Made by a program: the position numbers and the translations under genes. From assembly GCA_965662895.1 (NCBI GenBank), contig CBFIJH010000007.1:42346-106345 (forward strand): a stretch of 64,000 nucleotides of DNA, read 5' to 3'. Position 1 is the stretch's first letter, and each line of letters starts with the position of its first letter. Shown here piece after piece: positions 39,616 to 49,399 of the stretch. This DNA is from Candidatus Poseidoniaceae archaeon (lineage in GTDB: Archaea > Thermoplasmatota > Poseidoniia > Poseidoniales > Poseidoniaceae). The notes under the pieces were generated by a model. The model had not been told where the DNA came from and did not search any database. It saw only the letters and a program-made list of their open reading frames with translations.

Positions 39616-42600
39616 ATGAGACGTCAACATGGCATCGTTCTTGTTTTGTTGTTGTTGTTGACTCCCCTCTCGTCTCTCGTCTCTGCAGAGGACGCCCCCA
39701 CAGTTTCCATCACCACCGATTGGAACGGTTCTTCTGCTTTGAACAATGAGCATGCCTATGTTCTAACCTTCGGAGATTCATCGTCCCATGACTACGACAT
39801 TTTCATCGAACACCTTCAGGGTTCAATCGATTTGAATCCATCGATTCAGACAACTTTCCTTGACAATACGCCGACGCTTACTGCACGTGTTGTTCTTGAT
39901 ACAACAATCGCTTGGAACGACTCCATTTCCATTCAAGTCACCATCAACGGTCATGATGGTGTCCCGCTGTCATCACCGGTCGTCGTGGAACGAACGTTTA
40001 CTGTTGGTTCGTGGAATCAACCGATGGCAGATCATGAAGTAACGACAACAACCGAATGGTCGCTCGAGCAAGATTACCAAACGAGTGAAGGAAACCAATC
40101 CTTCGTTTTGCTGTTTGAAGGCAATGGATGGCAACAACGGATTGGTGAAGTTCTGAATTCGTACGAGTTGGGCAATGGAACCTTGTTGACATCCGAGGTA
40201 ACAAACAATACCACGACGCAACTCAGCCTTGATTTTGACGCATTTTGGAAGAATGAAACCGTAACCTCTGGCGTCTTAACCTCGCAAGTTCTCCAAGCCC
40301 AAGGAAGTGGCGATATTGTCTTGCAACTTCAGGAAGACGGTTTGGTAACCACCATCAATGCAACCGTTGTTGATGCATTATTGAATCGATCGAACATTGA
40401 CAACGTTGTCTCAGAACGGATTCGCTTGGAAGCGTTTGGAGCCCTACTCGTCAATGGCGAGGAAGATGGTGGACAATTCGATGTTGATGGAGACATTAGT
40501 CTGTTGCTTCTTGAAACGGTGGATGTTGATGGGGTTCGTGTTCTTGAACACACTCAAATCGAGGCGACCGCAGACATGATTCTCTCGGATGATGGGTCGC
40601 AGTTTAATCTCCAACTTGATCAATTTGAAACATTGGAGCGGTGGGAAAACGGTGAGCGAACCGACCATCTCGAACTTGTTCGTGGCGATGGAACGTTTGG
40701 ATTTGAAGACGAAGAAGAGAATTCGACAATGGTTGTGAACGGAACTGTGTACAACTTCCACAATCGCATCGAGGATGGAATCACCTTGATCGATGATGTT
40801 CATGTTGATGGAACACTCTCGGGTGATGTTCAGGGGACATTTGGCGTCGTACAAACCATTGAACAAACAGGGACACAACTCAATCACACACTCGTTGAAC
40901 ACGACGTCAATGTTCTTCACAGTGAGACTTGGTTTAACGTCACAGGGCTTGGAGGTAGCAATTTCTTTGGTGGCAGCGGTGTTGGTTCTTACTACAATGA
41001 CTCCTACATCTATCAAGCCACAAATGCCGATTGGGAGAATCGGACCGTTCGGCTTGTTTGGACGGAGACTGGACCGGACGCATCGAGCGGCGATGAACGG
41101 CCTGAGCGCAGTCCAATCGAACAAGAACCAACGCCACCAGAGGTTGAAGAAGCTCTTGGCAACATTTCCGTCGGACGTGAGGCAGGATTTGCACCCGTCC
41201 CCATGGAGACGGGCGATGTTGTCCGCCTTTTGGCTCAAGACGGAATCGTCTTGACCGTCACTGCTGGGCCGGAAGCAATCGAGCCACGAGATGCCAAAAA
41301 CCTCAGTGTTATTCAGTGGACGGGTGTCTACAGCGATGGAGTATCGGGAACTGCCTTCGGCTCCATCGTTCATCAAGGCCCGTTAACAGGGCTGCTTGCA
41401 AACACAGTTCGCTCTTTTGAAATCGAGTTTGGAGATGATGGGGAAACGGCTTTGCTTAACGAATCGCAAGCGGTTGATGCCATTCTTTCACCAAGCATCG
41501 TCTCCGCTGATGACAATACGGCACCGAAGGTTCTCGACCTCTCATTGATGGAAGGATTGGTTTTTGGTGAGGGTGGCTCTTCGGCACACCTTGTTGCAAC
41601 CATTGACGATCCTGATTGGAACATTGTCAGCGTTGTTGTTGACCTTGCATCGGTCGGACTTGGAACCGTTTTCATGAACGACCGTGGCCTCAATGGAGAC
41701 CAAACCATTGGCGATAATGAATGGACAACCATGGTTTCCGTCCAAGGAACGGAAATTGGTGCGTTACCCATCAGCGTTGAAGTCATTGACGAGTGGGGTG
41801 AGAGCGACGTTTTGTCAACGAACCTCACGGTTGAGAATCAAGCACCACGAATTTTGAGCGCATCGATTGCGCCAGAGAACGTTGTCCGAGGAGATACGAC
41901 CACGGTCTCGCTCGACGTCGTTGATGATCATGGTGTCGATTCCGTCATTGTTGACCTTCGCGAATATGGCGGAAACGAAACGGCATGTTTCAAAGCAGAG
42001 CTTTGGACGTGTGAACTCACAATTCCTGATGGAATGACACCCGGTATTCGTCTGCTTAAAGTGCGCCTAACCGATGTATTTTCGGCGAGTATTCTCGTTA
42101 CGAAGACCCAATCATCCGGCCATCATTTCCAACCGAGTTCAACCGATGTTGATCTCGCAGTCACGATCAAGAACACGCCTCCGAAAATCTCTCTCGCGAC
42201 ATCGGAACCCTTGCAACGTGAAACCACAAATACTGAGCAAGCGATTGAAATCTTGGTGGAAGATCCTGATGGCATTCTCCTTGTACGTGCAGACCTTGGC
42301 GTCCTCAAACCACTTGGTCAAAACAACCGATGGGTAACCTTGTACGATAACGGCCAAGGACTGGATCGAGTTGCAAACGATGGCATTTACACGGCAACCG
42401 CTTCAGTCCGTACTTCGACTCCGCTCAGTGCGCACCAGATTTATGTCCAAGCATCGGATTCGTTTGGTGATGCAACACCACCAATTTCGTTCGTTGTTTC
42501 TGTTGGTGAGCCCGATGAGGAATCGATTGGAGAGGAAGCTGAATTCTCGGTAACAATCATTGCTGCTGTCGTAGGCATTGTCGCTCTGTTGGCCGGTTTG

Positions 42601-42663
42601 TTTGTGTTCTTCAGGCAACGTCAACCGCCAGAACAAAAGCAAGACCGCTTCGGATTTCAGTAA
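39616..42663 (+). CDS. Large secreted, C-terminally anchored acidic beta-rich surface protein
   Basis: Signal peptide, about 1015 aa rich in D/E/T/G/V, Ig-like C-terminal repeats with two DxGxxxDxxxxD loops, C-terminal TM followed by RQR. Confidence 0.8.
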   Translation: MRRQHGIVLVLLLLLTPLSSLVSAEDAPTVSITTDWNGSSALNNEHAYVLTFGDSSSHDYDIFIEHLQGSIDLNPSIQTTFLDNTPTLTARVVLDTTIAWNDSISIQVTINGHDGVPLSSPVVVERTFTVGSWNQPMADHEVTTTTEWSLEQDYQTSEGNQSFVLLFEGNGWQQRIGEVLNSYELGNGTLLTSEVTNNTTTQLSLDFDAFWKNETVTSGVLTSQVLQAQGSGDIVLQLQEDGLVTTINATVVDALLNRSNIDNVVSERIRLEAFGALLVNGEEDGGQFDVDGDISLLLLETVDVDGVRVLEHTQIEATADMILSDDGSQFNLQLDQFETLERWENGERTDHLELVRGDGTFGFEDEEENSTMVVNGTVYNFHNRIEDGITLIDDVHVDGTLSGDVQGTFGVVQTIEQTGTQLNHTLVEHDVNVLHSETWFNVTGLGGSNFFGGSGVGSYYNDSYIYQATNADWENRTVRLVWTETGPDASSGDERPERSPIEQEPTPPEVEEALGNISVGREAGFAPVPMETGDVVRLLAQDGIVLTVTAGPEAIEPRDAKNLSVIQWTGVYSDGVSGTAFGSIVHQGPLTGLLANTVRSFEIEFGDDGETALLNESQAVDAILSPSIVSADDNTAPKVLDLSLMEGLVFGEGGSSAHLVATIDDPDWNIVSVVVDLASVGLGTVFMNDRGLNGDQTIGDNEWTTMVSVQGTEIGALPISVEVIDEWGESDVLSTNLTVENQAPRILSASIAPENVVRGDTTTVSLDVVDDHGVDSVIVDLREYGGNETACFKAELWTCELTIPDGMTPGIRLLKVRLTDVFSASILVTKTQSSGHHFQPSSTDVDLAVTIKNTPPKISLATSEPLQRETTNTEQAIEILVEDPDGILLVRADLGVLKPLGQNNRWVTLYDNGQGLDRVANDGIYTATASVRTSTPLSAHQIYVQASDSFGDATPPISFVVSVGEPDEESIGEEAEFSVTIIAAVVGIVALLAGLFVFFRQRQPPEQKQDRFGFQ

Positions 42664-42686
42664 GCATACAATTGCGCCGACAATCG

Positions 42687-42692
42687 TTTATA
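42687..42692 (+). promoter_or_regulatory. Putative TATA box for tRNA-Gly
   Basis: TTTATA 29-34 nt upstream of the tRNA 5' end. Confidence 0.55.
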
Positions 42693-42720
42693 CCCCTGCT
42701 CAGTGGGTTGGTTGCTACCT

Positions 42721-42795
42721 GCGAGCGTAGTGTAGTGGTTATCACCGGGCGTTGCCAACGCCTGAACCCGGGTTCGAGTCCCGGCGCTCGCACCA
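42721..42795 (+). tRNA. tRNA-Gly(GCC), intronless, CCA encoded
   Basis: Acceptor stem GCGAGCG/CGCTCGC, anticodon arm GGGCG-TTGCCAA-CGCCT, T arm CCGGG-TTCGAGT-CCCGG, 3' ACCA. Confidence 0.97.
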
Positions 42796-42842
42796 AAATC
42801 AATTGAAAGAGCCTTTACATACTGCTTGTTCAATGGCATACT

Positions 42843-43160
42843 ATGACTGAAGCACGGGTTGTTTACGTCGGCAGAAAACCTTCCTTTGCGTACGTTAAAG
42901 CGGTTCTCATGGCGATGAGAGAGGGCGAACGCCTTGTACGACTCCAGGCACGAGGTCAAGCCATCAGTCGAGCTGTGGATGTTGCAGAGATTTGTCGCCG
43001 TCGTCATGGAATCATCGCTTCGATGTTGCCAGAAACAGTTACGATTGTTGACATGAAGACAGATTCAATCGAACTTCAAGATGATGATGGTCGCACCAAA
43101 ACCGTGAGCAGTATGTACATCGAACTGCTTGGTGAGGGCGAGATGACCGAAGAAGAGTAA
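42843..43160 (+). CDS. albA: DNA/RNA-binding protein Alba
   Basis: VYVGRKP..AYV.AV, ARGQAISRAVDVAEI, VSSMYIEL. Confidence 0.92.
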   Translation: MTEARVVYVGRKPSFAYVKAVLMAMREGERLVRLQARGQAISRAVDVAEICRRRHGIIASMLPETVTIVDMKTDSIELQDDDGRTKTVSSMYIELLGEGEMTEEE

Positions 43161-43517
43161 TCACAACTCAGACAAGCGTCGCTCAATTTCCGCAGCCGTA
43201 GCCTCAAAAACGGGAAGCGATTGACCAACCGGGTCATCAAGTCCCCAGTCCTCATCGATTCTCATCGTTGGGCAAGAGACACCACAACCCATGGAGATGA
43301 CCATATCATAATCACTTGCATTGAACAAATCGACCGATTTTGGCTCCAGTCCTTCGGTCGAGATTCCCTTTGACTCGAGGACTTTGAGGGCATTTGCTGA
43401 AACTTGGCTTGCAGGATGGGTTCCCGCACTTGCTGCTTCGTGGCCCAGATGTCGAGCAATTCCTTCTGCCATTTGAGAACGACAAGAATTCCCGACACAA
43501 ACAAACAACAAACGCAT
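43161..43517 (-). CDS. arsC: Thioredoxin-coupled arsenate reductase / LMW-PTP family
   Basis: FVCVGNSCRSQMAE, SAGT, MGCGVSCP, WGLDDP. Confidence 0.85.
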   Translation of the reverse strand: MRLLFVCVGNSCRSQMAEGIARHLGHEAASAGTHPASQVSANALKVLESKGISTEGLEPKSVDLFNASDYDMVISMGCGVSCPTMRIDEDWGLDDPVGQSLPVFEATAAEIERRLSEL

Positions 43518-43564
43518 ACTTGCACCTAAGTGATGTACCTTATCAACATTGACTCTTTAGAACA

Positions 43565-43921
43565 ATGAGAGAGGTTTCTGCGATGCGGCCGGTGATTGTT
43601 TTCTCGAGCACGTATGCTCTTCTCTTTTTTCTCCACATCGTATTTGCAGCCAACGACTTTGATCTGCTCTTTCGAATCGTTGCGCTCGTCCTGGTTGCCA
43701 TGACGTTTTTTTGTGGTCCGTTGCTTTGGTTCATTGGAAACGGAAACGAGTCAACGTTTGCATCCATCATCAAAACAGGTTTTTTCATCAGCATCCCGCT
43801 TGCGGTTGGAATCGCATATGCTTTTACTGATATGGAATTAAAGTTCGTTGGGACCTCAATTGCTTTGCTGCTCACAACGCTTACCCACCGTGGCTGGTTT
43901 CTTTTGATGAAGGCAAAATAA
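43565..43921 (+). CDS. Small four-TM membrane protein
   Basis: 118 aa, four hydrophobic segments. Start may be 43583. Confidence 0.6.
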   Translation: MREVSAMRPVIVFSSTYALLFFLHIVFAANDFDLLFRIVALVLVAMTFFCGPLLWFIGNGNESTFASIIKTGFFISIPLAVGIAYAFTDMELKFVGTSIALLLTTLTHRGWFLLMKAK

Positions 43922-43955
43922 ACGCATTGAAGTAGGCAGAACTTGTGGAACATCC

Positions 43956-44972
43956 ATGTCCGATTCCCCGGTTTCGATTCACAACCCAGGAAACGATGCT
44001 CCAGAAAAAGCACCAGAGGCGCCTGACCCTGCAGCACAAAAGCAAATGGAACAAGCCTACGCTCAGATGAAGCGAAAAATGGCAATGGCAGAAATTGGAA
44101 AGAAAATCAAACACAAAATCATGGTTCTTTCCGGAAAAGGTGGTGTCGGCAAGTCTACCGTCTCAACAGGTCTCGCCCTCGCTCTTGCCCAGCAAGGTCA
44201 CAAGGTTGGAATTTTGGACATTGATATTACAGGACCGAACGTACCGAAGATGATGGGGCTCGATGGTCGTAAACTCCATGTTGAGGCAGGAAGAATCCAT
44301 CCTGCACAAGGGCATCTCGGCGTCAAAGTCATTTCGATGGCGTTTCTTCTCGAAGACGAGGATACCCCTGTTGTATGGCGTGGCCCGATCAAACTCGGAG
44401 CAATCCAGCAGTTCATCGGCGATGTTGAATGGGGGAATTTGGATTACCTCATCATCGATTTCCCTCCCGGAACTTCAGACGAGCCGCTGACCGTGGCTCA
44501 ATCCTTGCCGGACATTGACGGAATGGTCATCGTTACCACGCCACAAGATGTAGCGTTGCTCGATAGTCGTAAATCGATTTCATTTGCTTCGTCCTTGAAG
44601 GTTCCAGTCCTCGGTGTTGTTGAAAACATGAGTGGATACACCATCCAAGGAAAAGGAGATCCTGGTTCAGAGATTGAAATCGCTGCACCTGCAGGCCGAA
44701 CGGTTCGAGCGACGTGCGATGACGAGGGTCGATTCAGCGTCACACTTGACATCTTCAAGGAAGGTGGAGGTCGCTCGACTGCAGAAGAATTTGGTGTACC
44801 ATTCCTTGGTGCTCTTCCGTTCGACCCAGGATTTGTTCGAGGTGGAGACGATGGTGTTCACCGAATTGTCAGCGAGCCTGAAGGGGCGTCAGCCTCTGCA
44901 TTCTCTCATGTCGTTGCTTCCATACAATCGCAACTTGACGGAGCGACTTCGTCCAACTTAGAGATCATTTGA
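43956..44972 (+). CDS. Mrp/ApbC/NBP35 family P-loop NTPase lacking the CxxC motif
   Basis: [42 protein letters not shown]. Only one Cys in the protein. Confidence 0.92.
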   Translation: MSDSPVSIHNPGNDAPEKAPEAPDPAAQKQMEQAYAQMKRKMAMAEIGKKIKHKIMVLSGKGGVGKSTVSTGLALALAQQGHKVGILDIDITGPNVPKMMGLDGRKLHVEAGRIHPAQGHLGVKVISMAFLLEDEDTPVVWRGPIKLGAIQQFIGDVEWGNLDYLIIDFPPGTSDEPLTVAQSLPDIDGMVIVTTPQDVALLDSRKSISFASSLKVPVLGVVENMSGYTIQGKGDPGSEIEIAAPAGRTVRATCDDEGRFSVTLDIFKEGGGRSTAEEFGVPFLGALPFDPGFVRGGDDGVHRIVSEPEGASASAFSHVVASIQSQLDGATSSNLEII

Positions 44973-44980
44973 GTGATTTT

Positions 44981-45334
44981 ATGACCGATACACCGCTGGA
45001 ACTTCGCCGCCTCGAACGTCGAGATACCGACATGGAACTCACCTATGAGGACGGAACAACGTTGACCGTCACCTATGATGATCTTCGTCACGCTTGCCCT
45101 TGTGCCAAGTGTGCGCCGTTGCGCAATGAAGATGAGACAAGCATGCAACTTCGTCGCACAGTTGAAGCATTGCCAAAGCAGAAACCACTCGTTCGTACTG
45201 TCGGCAATTACGCACTCTCATTTGAATGGGAATCTGGGTGCTCGAGTGGAATTTATCGATTTGAACGGATTTGGGACTTGGCCCACCGTCGCGACCCTGA
45301 TCGAGGCCGCCCCTATGTTCACGGAGCTTGGTGA
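44981..45334 (+). CDS. DUF971 / GBBH N-terminal-like metal-binding protein
   Basis: LRHACPCAKC, VGNYALSFEW, SGIY. Confidence 0.85.
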   Translation: MTDTPLELRRLERRDTDMELTYEDGTTLTVTYDDLRHACPCAKCAPLRNEDETSMQLRRTVEALPKQKPLVRTVGNYALSFEWESGCSSGIYRFERIWDLAHRRDPDRGRPYVHGAW

Positions 45335-45410
45335 AACAACCGCATCAGGCTGAAATAAGGTGCAGGTTTCTTGAGTAAAAACGCTCACCGTTGGTTCAGG
45401 AGGCTTCTTG

Positions 45411-47507
45411 ATGGATGGTGTCTATCTCACCTGGCTCATCTCAGCTCTTGCTGTAGGTGTCTTCTTGATGCCCGTCTTCAAGCCTCCGTGGGCTCGCTTG
45501 ACTTTGAGTGGCTTTGTTGATTTCATTCGTCGTTATTGGTTGCATCTGCTCATTGCTTTGTCCATTTACAATGCGAAAGATTTCCTCGACCAAGTTGACA
45601 GAATCCTCATGGCTCGTACAGGCATCGATATGACGCCTTACATCTATGCCATCGAGGGTGACCTGGTTGTATGGTTCCAAGACGTGTTTCGAGCTACTTG
45701 GCTTGACGTCTTTATGACCCATTTCTACATTGCAGGATTCATGTTCATCACCTATTCATCCATCTTCTATGTGACATACTTCGATGATCGCTGGATGGCA
45801 GATCGTATTGCTCTATCCATCGCTTGGGTGTACCTCTTAGCGATTCCATTTTATCTCTTTTTCAATGTTCGAGTAACAGGTTTTTACATCGAAGATATGG
45901 ATGCAATCGCCTACACATTGAATCCTGAGATTGAAGATTGGTTCCGTCGCATTGATGCTTTTACAAACTGCATGCCATCGCTGCATATCGCTGTTCCATT
46001 TGCGATTTGGCTTACATTTCGCAAACACGATCATGATGGGCGATGGCGCCGTTTCCAAAACATGACCTTGGGCTACATCATTCTCACTGCATTCGCAATC
46101 ATCTATCTCGGAATCCACTGGTTTGTTGACATCATCGGAGGCATGATGGTTGCCGCATTAAGCGTACGACTGAGCGATGCCACCAACGAATCCGTTTGGA
46201 AGGTCTTCGATGAGCGAACCATCAACAGCCGTCTTGCAACGCTTTTGACCAAACCTCGGCATTCTGCGTCTATTATGTTGAACCGAATCAAAGCCTATTC
46301 CGCGCGTTTGATGAAACCAACAAGCAGAGAAACGGGTACATTCATCATCGTGATACTGATTTTGACGGGGGCTGTGATCACCTGGGATTTAACGCATAAT
46401 GAACTTCCAGCAGAAGGTGTTCAATCCGCACAAGGCGCCGTTGCATCGGAAGGATGGATGGCAACAATGGACAATCAATCAGATGAAGCCATCGTATTGA
46501 TTCATGACGTATCTGAGCCAACTTTGCTTCCAAATACAGTCGCACAGCCAACGATGGAGTTCGATTCGCCTCTCGCATTGTATGAAAACTTCCTCGTAGT
46601 TGCCAATGGAACCGAATTACGCGTTATCGATGTAGAACAACCAGAAGAAGTCCTTTTCAGAAAAGAAGTCCTTGCCATCCAATCCTTGCAAATGACTGCT
46701 TTGCAAGGAGAGATCGTTGTTCTTTACGTCGCCAATGACGCCCTGCATGGATTGGATTTGGATGGGGAGGCGGTGCTTCTTCCAACACTTCCAAGCGGTG
46801 AAACAATCGAGTTAATGTCCGTCTCTGGGATTGAGATTCTTATGGTTTCGAAAGAACAACCATCAACCCTTCATATCGGAACAATTGGAGCATCAGGTAC
46901 GCAAAACATCCCTGTGAATGCATCAACGACGGATGAACAAAATCTGGTTCTCGAAGAGCGTGGACAAGTTGTTGATGAGGCCAATGCAAGTATTGTCCAA
47001 GTGGCCTTTGATTCACAGCACATCGCCATTCGAGTGAACGTATCAGCCCTTGATCGAATGGTCCTTTTTGACCGACTGACAGGAGACCAATGGTTTGGAT
47101 TTGATCCGATTTTCCCTGTTGGAAATGTCTCGCTTGGTTACGAGTACGTCGTTTGGGAAGCAAAAGACCACTTCAATCCGTTGAGTTTTACCGACAAATA
47201 TGGTGATTGGGAGCTGCATCAATTGCATCTCCCGACAAACTATTCCGAGCAATTAACATCCGACGGCATCGATCAGTTGAACCCAATTGCTTTGCAAGAA
47301 GGCATTGCCTACATCGAAGTCGATGATGATGGAGAGATGACGATGAACGTATTGAATCGAGGAACTGAACTTGCAACCTATTCCAGTCTCATCCTCCAGT
47401 GGTCGGTGATCATCCTGATTGGCCTTACCTTCGTTTACATCTTGCAACGACAAGACGAAGACCGCTTCGTTGGGGTCAACCATGATAGCGTACTCGAGTC
47501 CGAATAA
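45411..47507 (+). CDS. PAP2-superfamily (AUR1/IPC synthase-like) membrane enzyme fused to an extracellular beta-rich domain
   Basis: NCMPSLH and YLGIHWFVDIIGG motifs in a multi-TM N-terminal domain, then a TM, about 330 aa acidic beta-rich region and a C-terminal TM. Confidence 0.8.
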   Translation: MDGVYLTWLISALAVGVFLMPVFKPPWARLTLSGFVDFIRRYWLHLLIALSIYNAKDFLDQVDRILMARTGIDMTPYIYAIEGDLVVWFQDVFRATWLDVFMTHFYIAGFMFITYSSIFYVTYFDDRWMADRIALSIAWVYLLAIPFYLFFNVRVTGFYIEDMDAIAYTLNPEIEDWFRRIDAFTNCMPSLHIAVPFAIWLTFRKHDHDGRWRRFQNMTLGYIILTAFAIIYLGIHWFVDIIGGMMVAALSVRLSDATNESVWKVFDERTINSRLATLLTKPRHSASIMLNRIKAYSARLMKPTSRETGTFIIVILILTGAVITWDLTHNELPAEGVQSAQGAVASEGWMATMDNQSDEAIVLIHDVSEPTLLPNTVAQPTMEFDSPLALYENFLVVANGTELRVIDVEQPEEVLFRKEVLAIQSLQMTALQGEIVVLYVANDALHGLDLDGEAVLLPTLPSGETIELMSVSGIEILMVSKEQPSTLHIGTIGASGTQNIPVNASTTDEQNLVLEERGQVVDEANASIVQVAFDSQHIAIRVNVSALDRMVLFDRLTGDQWFGFDPIFPVGNVSLGYEYVVWEAKDHFNPLSFTDKYGDWELHQLHLPTNYSEQLTSDGIDQLNPIALQEGIAYIEVDDDGEMTMNVLNRGTELATYSSLILQWSVIILIGLTFVYILQRQDEDRFVGVNHDSVLESE

Positions 47508-48159
47508 CTTCGAATCGTTCGAGAACGTCTTCCATTGCAACAGGGTCACCGCCCGACGTGGTCGGCGCAGGTCCCAGTTCCTTTTCGCATTGTGAATATC
47601 CTTCGAGAATCGCTTCCATGGCACCTTCTCGATGTGGGTGAGAAGCACCAAGAATTTCGAATAAAACGTGAAGGTCAATCCCGTACAGTTCTGTTTCAAA
47701 TTCAATCTTGGCCAGTCCAAAATCAATCAGGACAGCCTCTCCATCCGGCGTCATCATGATGTTGTTGGTGGATAAATCGCCATGAACGACCGCTTGCCGA
47801 TGCAGCATTCGAATACTTCGGCCAGCACAGCGAAGATGCTGCAAAACGGTTTCGTCATCGATTGAAGGGTCGTTCAACAACTCGATGAGTGGCAGACCTG
47901 GAACGTTGCTCATGACCAATTCCTGCTCATAGAGATCGCAATCGTAAAGCACGGGAATGTTGAGTCCGCATTTGTACAAACGGGCCATGAGTCGTGCTTC
48001 TGCAATCATTCGTCGCCTGCCCAGCCGGTCGTCCAAGTCAGGATGGCGCCATGAGCGCAGTCGACGCTGTTTACGAACAGCAGGAAGCCCCATCCATGAG
48101 CCACGCCACACCTCGGCCTCTGCGCCCAAGTGCAATCGCTCTTCAGCCGTGAATGCCAT
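47476..48159 (-). CDS. bud32: KEOPS complex kinase/ATPase Bud32
   Basis: GAEA, WRHPDLD, EARL, HGDLSTNN, LIDFGL, DLHVL, C-terminal RVRY. Start moved to ATG 48159. Confidence 0.92.
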   Translation of the reverse strand: MAFTAEERLHLGAEAEVWRGSWMGLPAVRKQRRLRSWRHPDLDDRLGRRRMIAEARLMARLYKCGLNIPVLYDCDLYEQELVMSNVPGLPLIELLNDPSIDDETVLQHLRCAGRSIRMLHRQAVVHGDLSTNNIMMTPDGEAVLIDFGLAKIEFETELYGIDLHVLFEILGASHPHREGAMEAILEGYSQCEKELGPAPTTSGGDPVAMEDVLERFEVIRTRVRYHG

Positions 48160-48244
48160 CAAACATCTCGAGTTGCCTCCTTTTGATAAGTTCAGCGATA
48201 TCAATGGGTTGAAATTGGAAGGCGACTTGGAGAGAATGATACGC

Positions 48245-49399
48245 ATGTCCATTTCGCTTGCTATGTGCGCAGTTGACTTTTCCTCGACCTCAATGTCGCC
48301 AGAAGATGTCGCGATTGCAGAGCGCATCGCTGAACTGAAACACGAACTTGGTGATGATTTACTTATCCTTGGTCATCACTACCAGAGAGACAGCATCGTG
48401 ATGCATGCTGATTTCCTTGGTGATTCCTTCATGCTGAGTCAAAAAGCTGCCGAATCGGATGCAAAATACATCGTCTTTTGCGGCGTTCATTTCATGGCAG
48501 AATCGGCCGACATTCTGACGTCGGACGAGCAAATTGTCATGTTACCAAATTTGCGAGCAGGATGTTCAATGGCCGATATGGCAACGCTTGTTGATGTTGA
48601 GGCGGCTTGGAAGGACATGCTCGCAGCGACCAATCTTCACGACCCGATCAACAAAAACAATCCAGCTGACCTTGCAGAGGAAGGCGAGGCCTATCTTGTC
48701 CCAGTCACGTACATGAACAGCAGTGCAGATCTGAAGGATTTTGTTGGTCGTCATGGTGGAATTGTTTGCACTTCATCCAACGCTGAAGGTGTTCTTCAAT
48801 GGGCGTTTGATCGAGCAGGGCCGAACGGTGCAGTGCTGTTCTTCCCCGATCAGCACCTTGGACGAAACACAGGCCTTCGGATGGGTATAACGGAGCAACA
48901 GATGCCGACATGGACCCCGGGTATCGGTGCAAGTTCCGATTTATCCGAGGCCCGAATTATTCTCTGGCATGGCTTCTGTTCCGTCCACAAGCGATTCAAA
49001 CCAAGTCAAATCGCTGATTTCCGAGAGCGATATCCTGAGGGGGTTGTTGTGGTTCATCCCGAGTGTCCCAAGGAGACCGTGGAGGTGGCCGATGCAAACG
49101 GTTCAACGCAATACATCATCAATTACGTGAACGATTTGCCCGATGGCGCAACCGTCGCCATTGGCACAGAAATCAACATGGTCGCTCGTCTCGCTGACGA
49201 CCATCCAGACAAACACATCGAATGCCTCGACCCTGAAATTTGTCCTTGTTCGACCATGTACATGATTCATCCAGCGTACCTCATGGATCTGTTGGAAAAA
49301 CTTGTTGAAGGTCAGGTTCACAACCAAATCACGGTTTCAAAAGACGTACAAGAAGGATCTCTTCTCGCTCTTGAGCGCATGCTCAGCATCCGTGTGTAA
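48245..49399 (+). CDS. nadA: Quinolinate synthase
   Basis: GHHYQ, FCGVHFMAE, AGCSMAD, YMNSSA, CTSSNA, PDQHLGRN, GFCSVH, HPEC, CSTM. Confidence 0.95.
   Translation: MSISLAMCAVDFSSTSMSPEDVAIAERIAELKHELGDDLLILGHHYQRDSIVMHADFLGDSFMLSQKAAESDAKYIVFCGVHFMAESADILTSDEQIVMLPNLRAGCSMADMATLVDVEAAWKDMLAATNLHDPINKNNPADLAEEGEAYLVPVTYMNSSADLKDFVGRHGGIVCTSSNAEGVLQWAFDRAGPNGAVLFFPDQHLGRNTGLRMGITEQQMPTWTPGIGASSDLSEARIILWHGFCSVHKRFKPSQIADFRERYPEGVVVVHPECPKETVEVADANGSTQYIINYVNDLPDGATVAIGTEINMVARLADDHPDKHIECLDPEICPCSTMYMIHPAYLMDLLEKLVEGQVHNQITVSKDVQEGSLLALERMLSIRV

Noticed and set aside
40444-41376. 310-aa antisense ORF inside the large surface protein
   Set aside because: Shadow frame fully inside a credible gene, with no family motifs.
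42721-42795. tRNA-Gly as an integration site
   Set aside because: No duplicated tRNA 3' end or integrase was seen in the window.
47957-48327. Apparent long head-to-head overlap of nadA and bud32
   Set aside because: Artefact of longest-ORF starts. The conserved regions begin at about 48245 (nadA) and 48159 (bud32), leaving a short divergent spacer.
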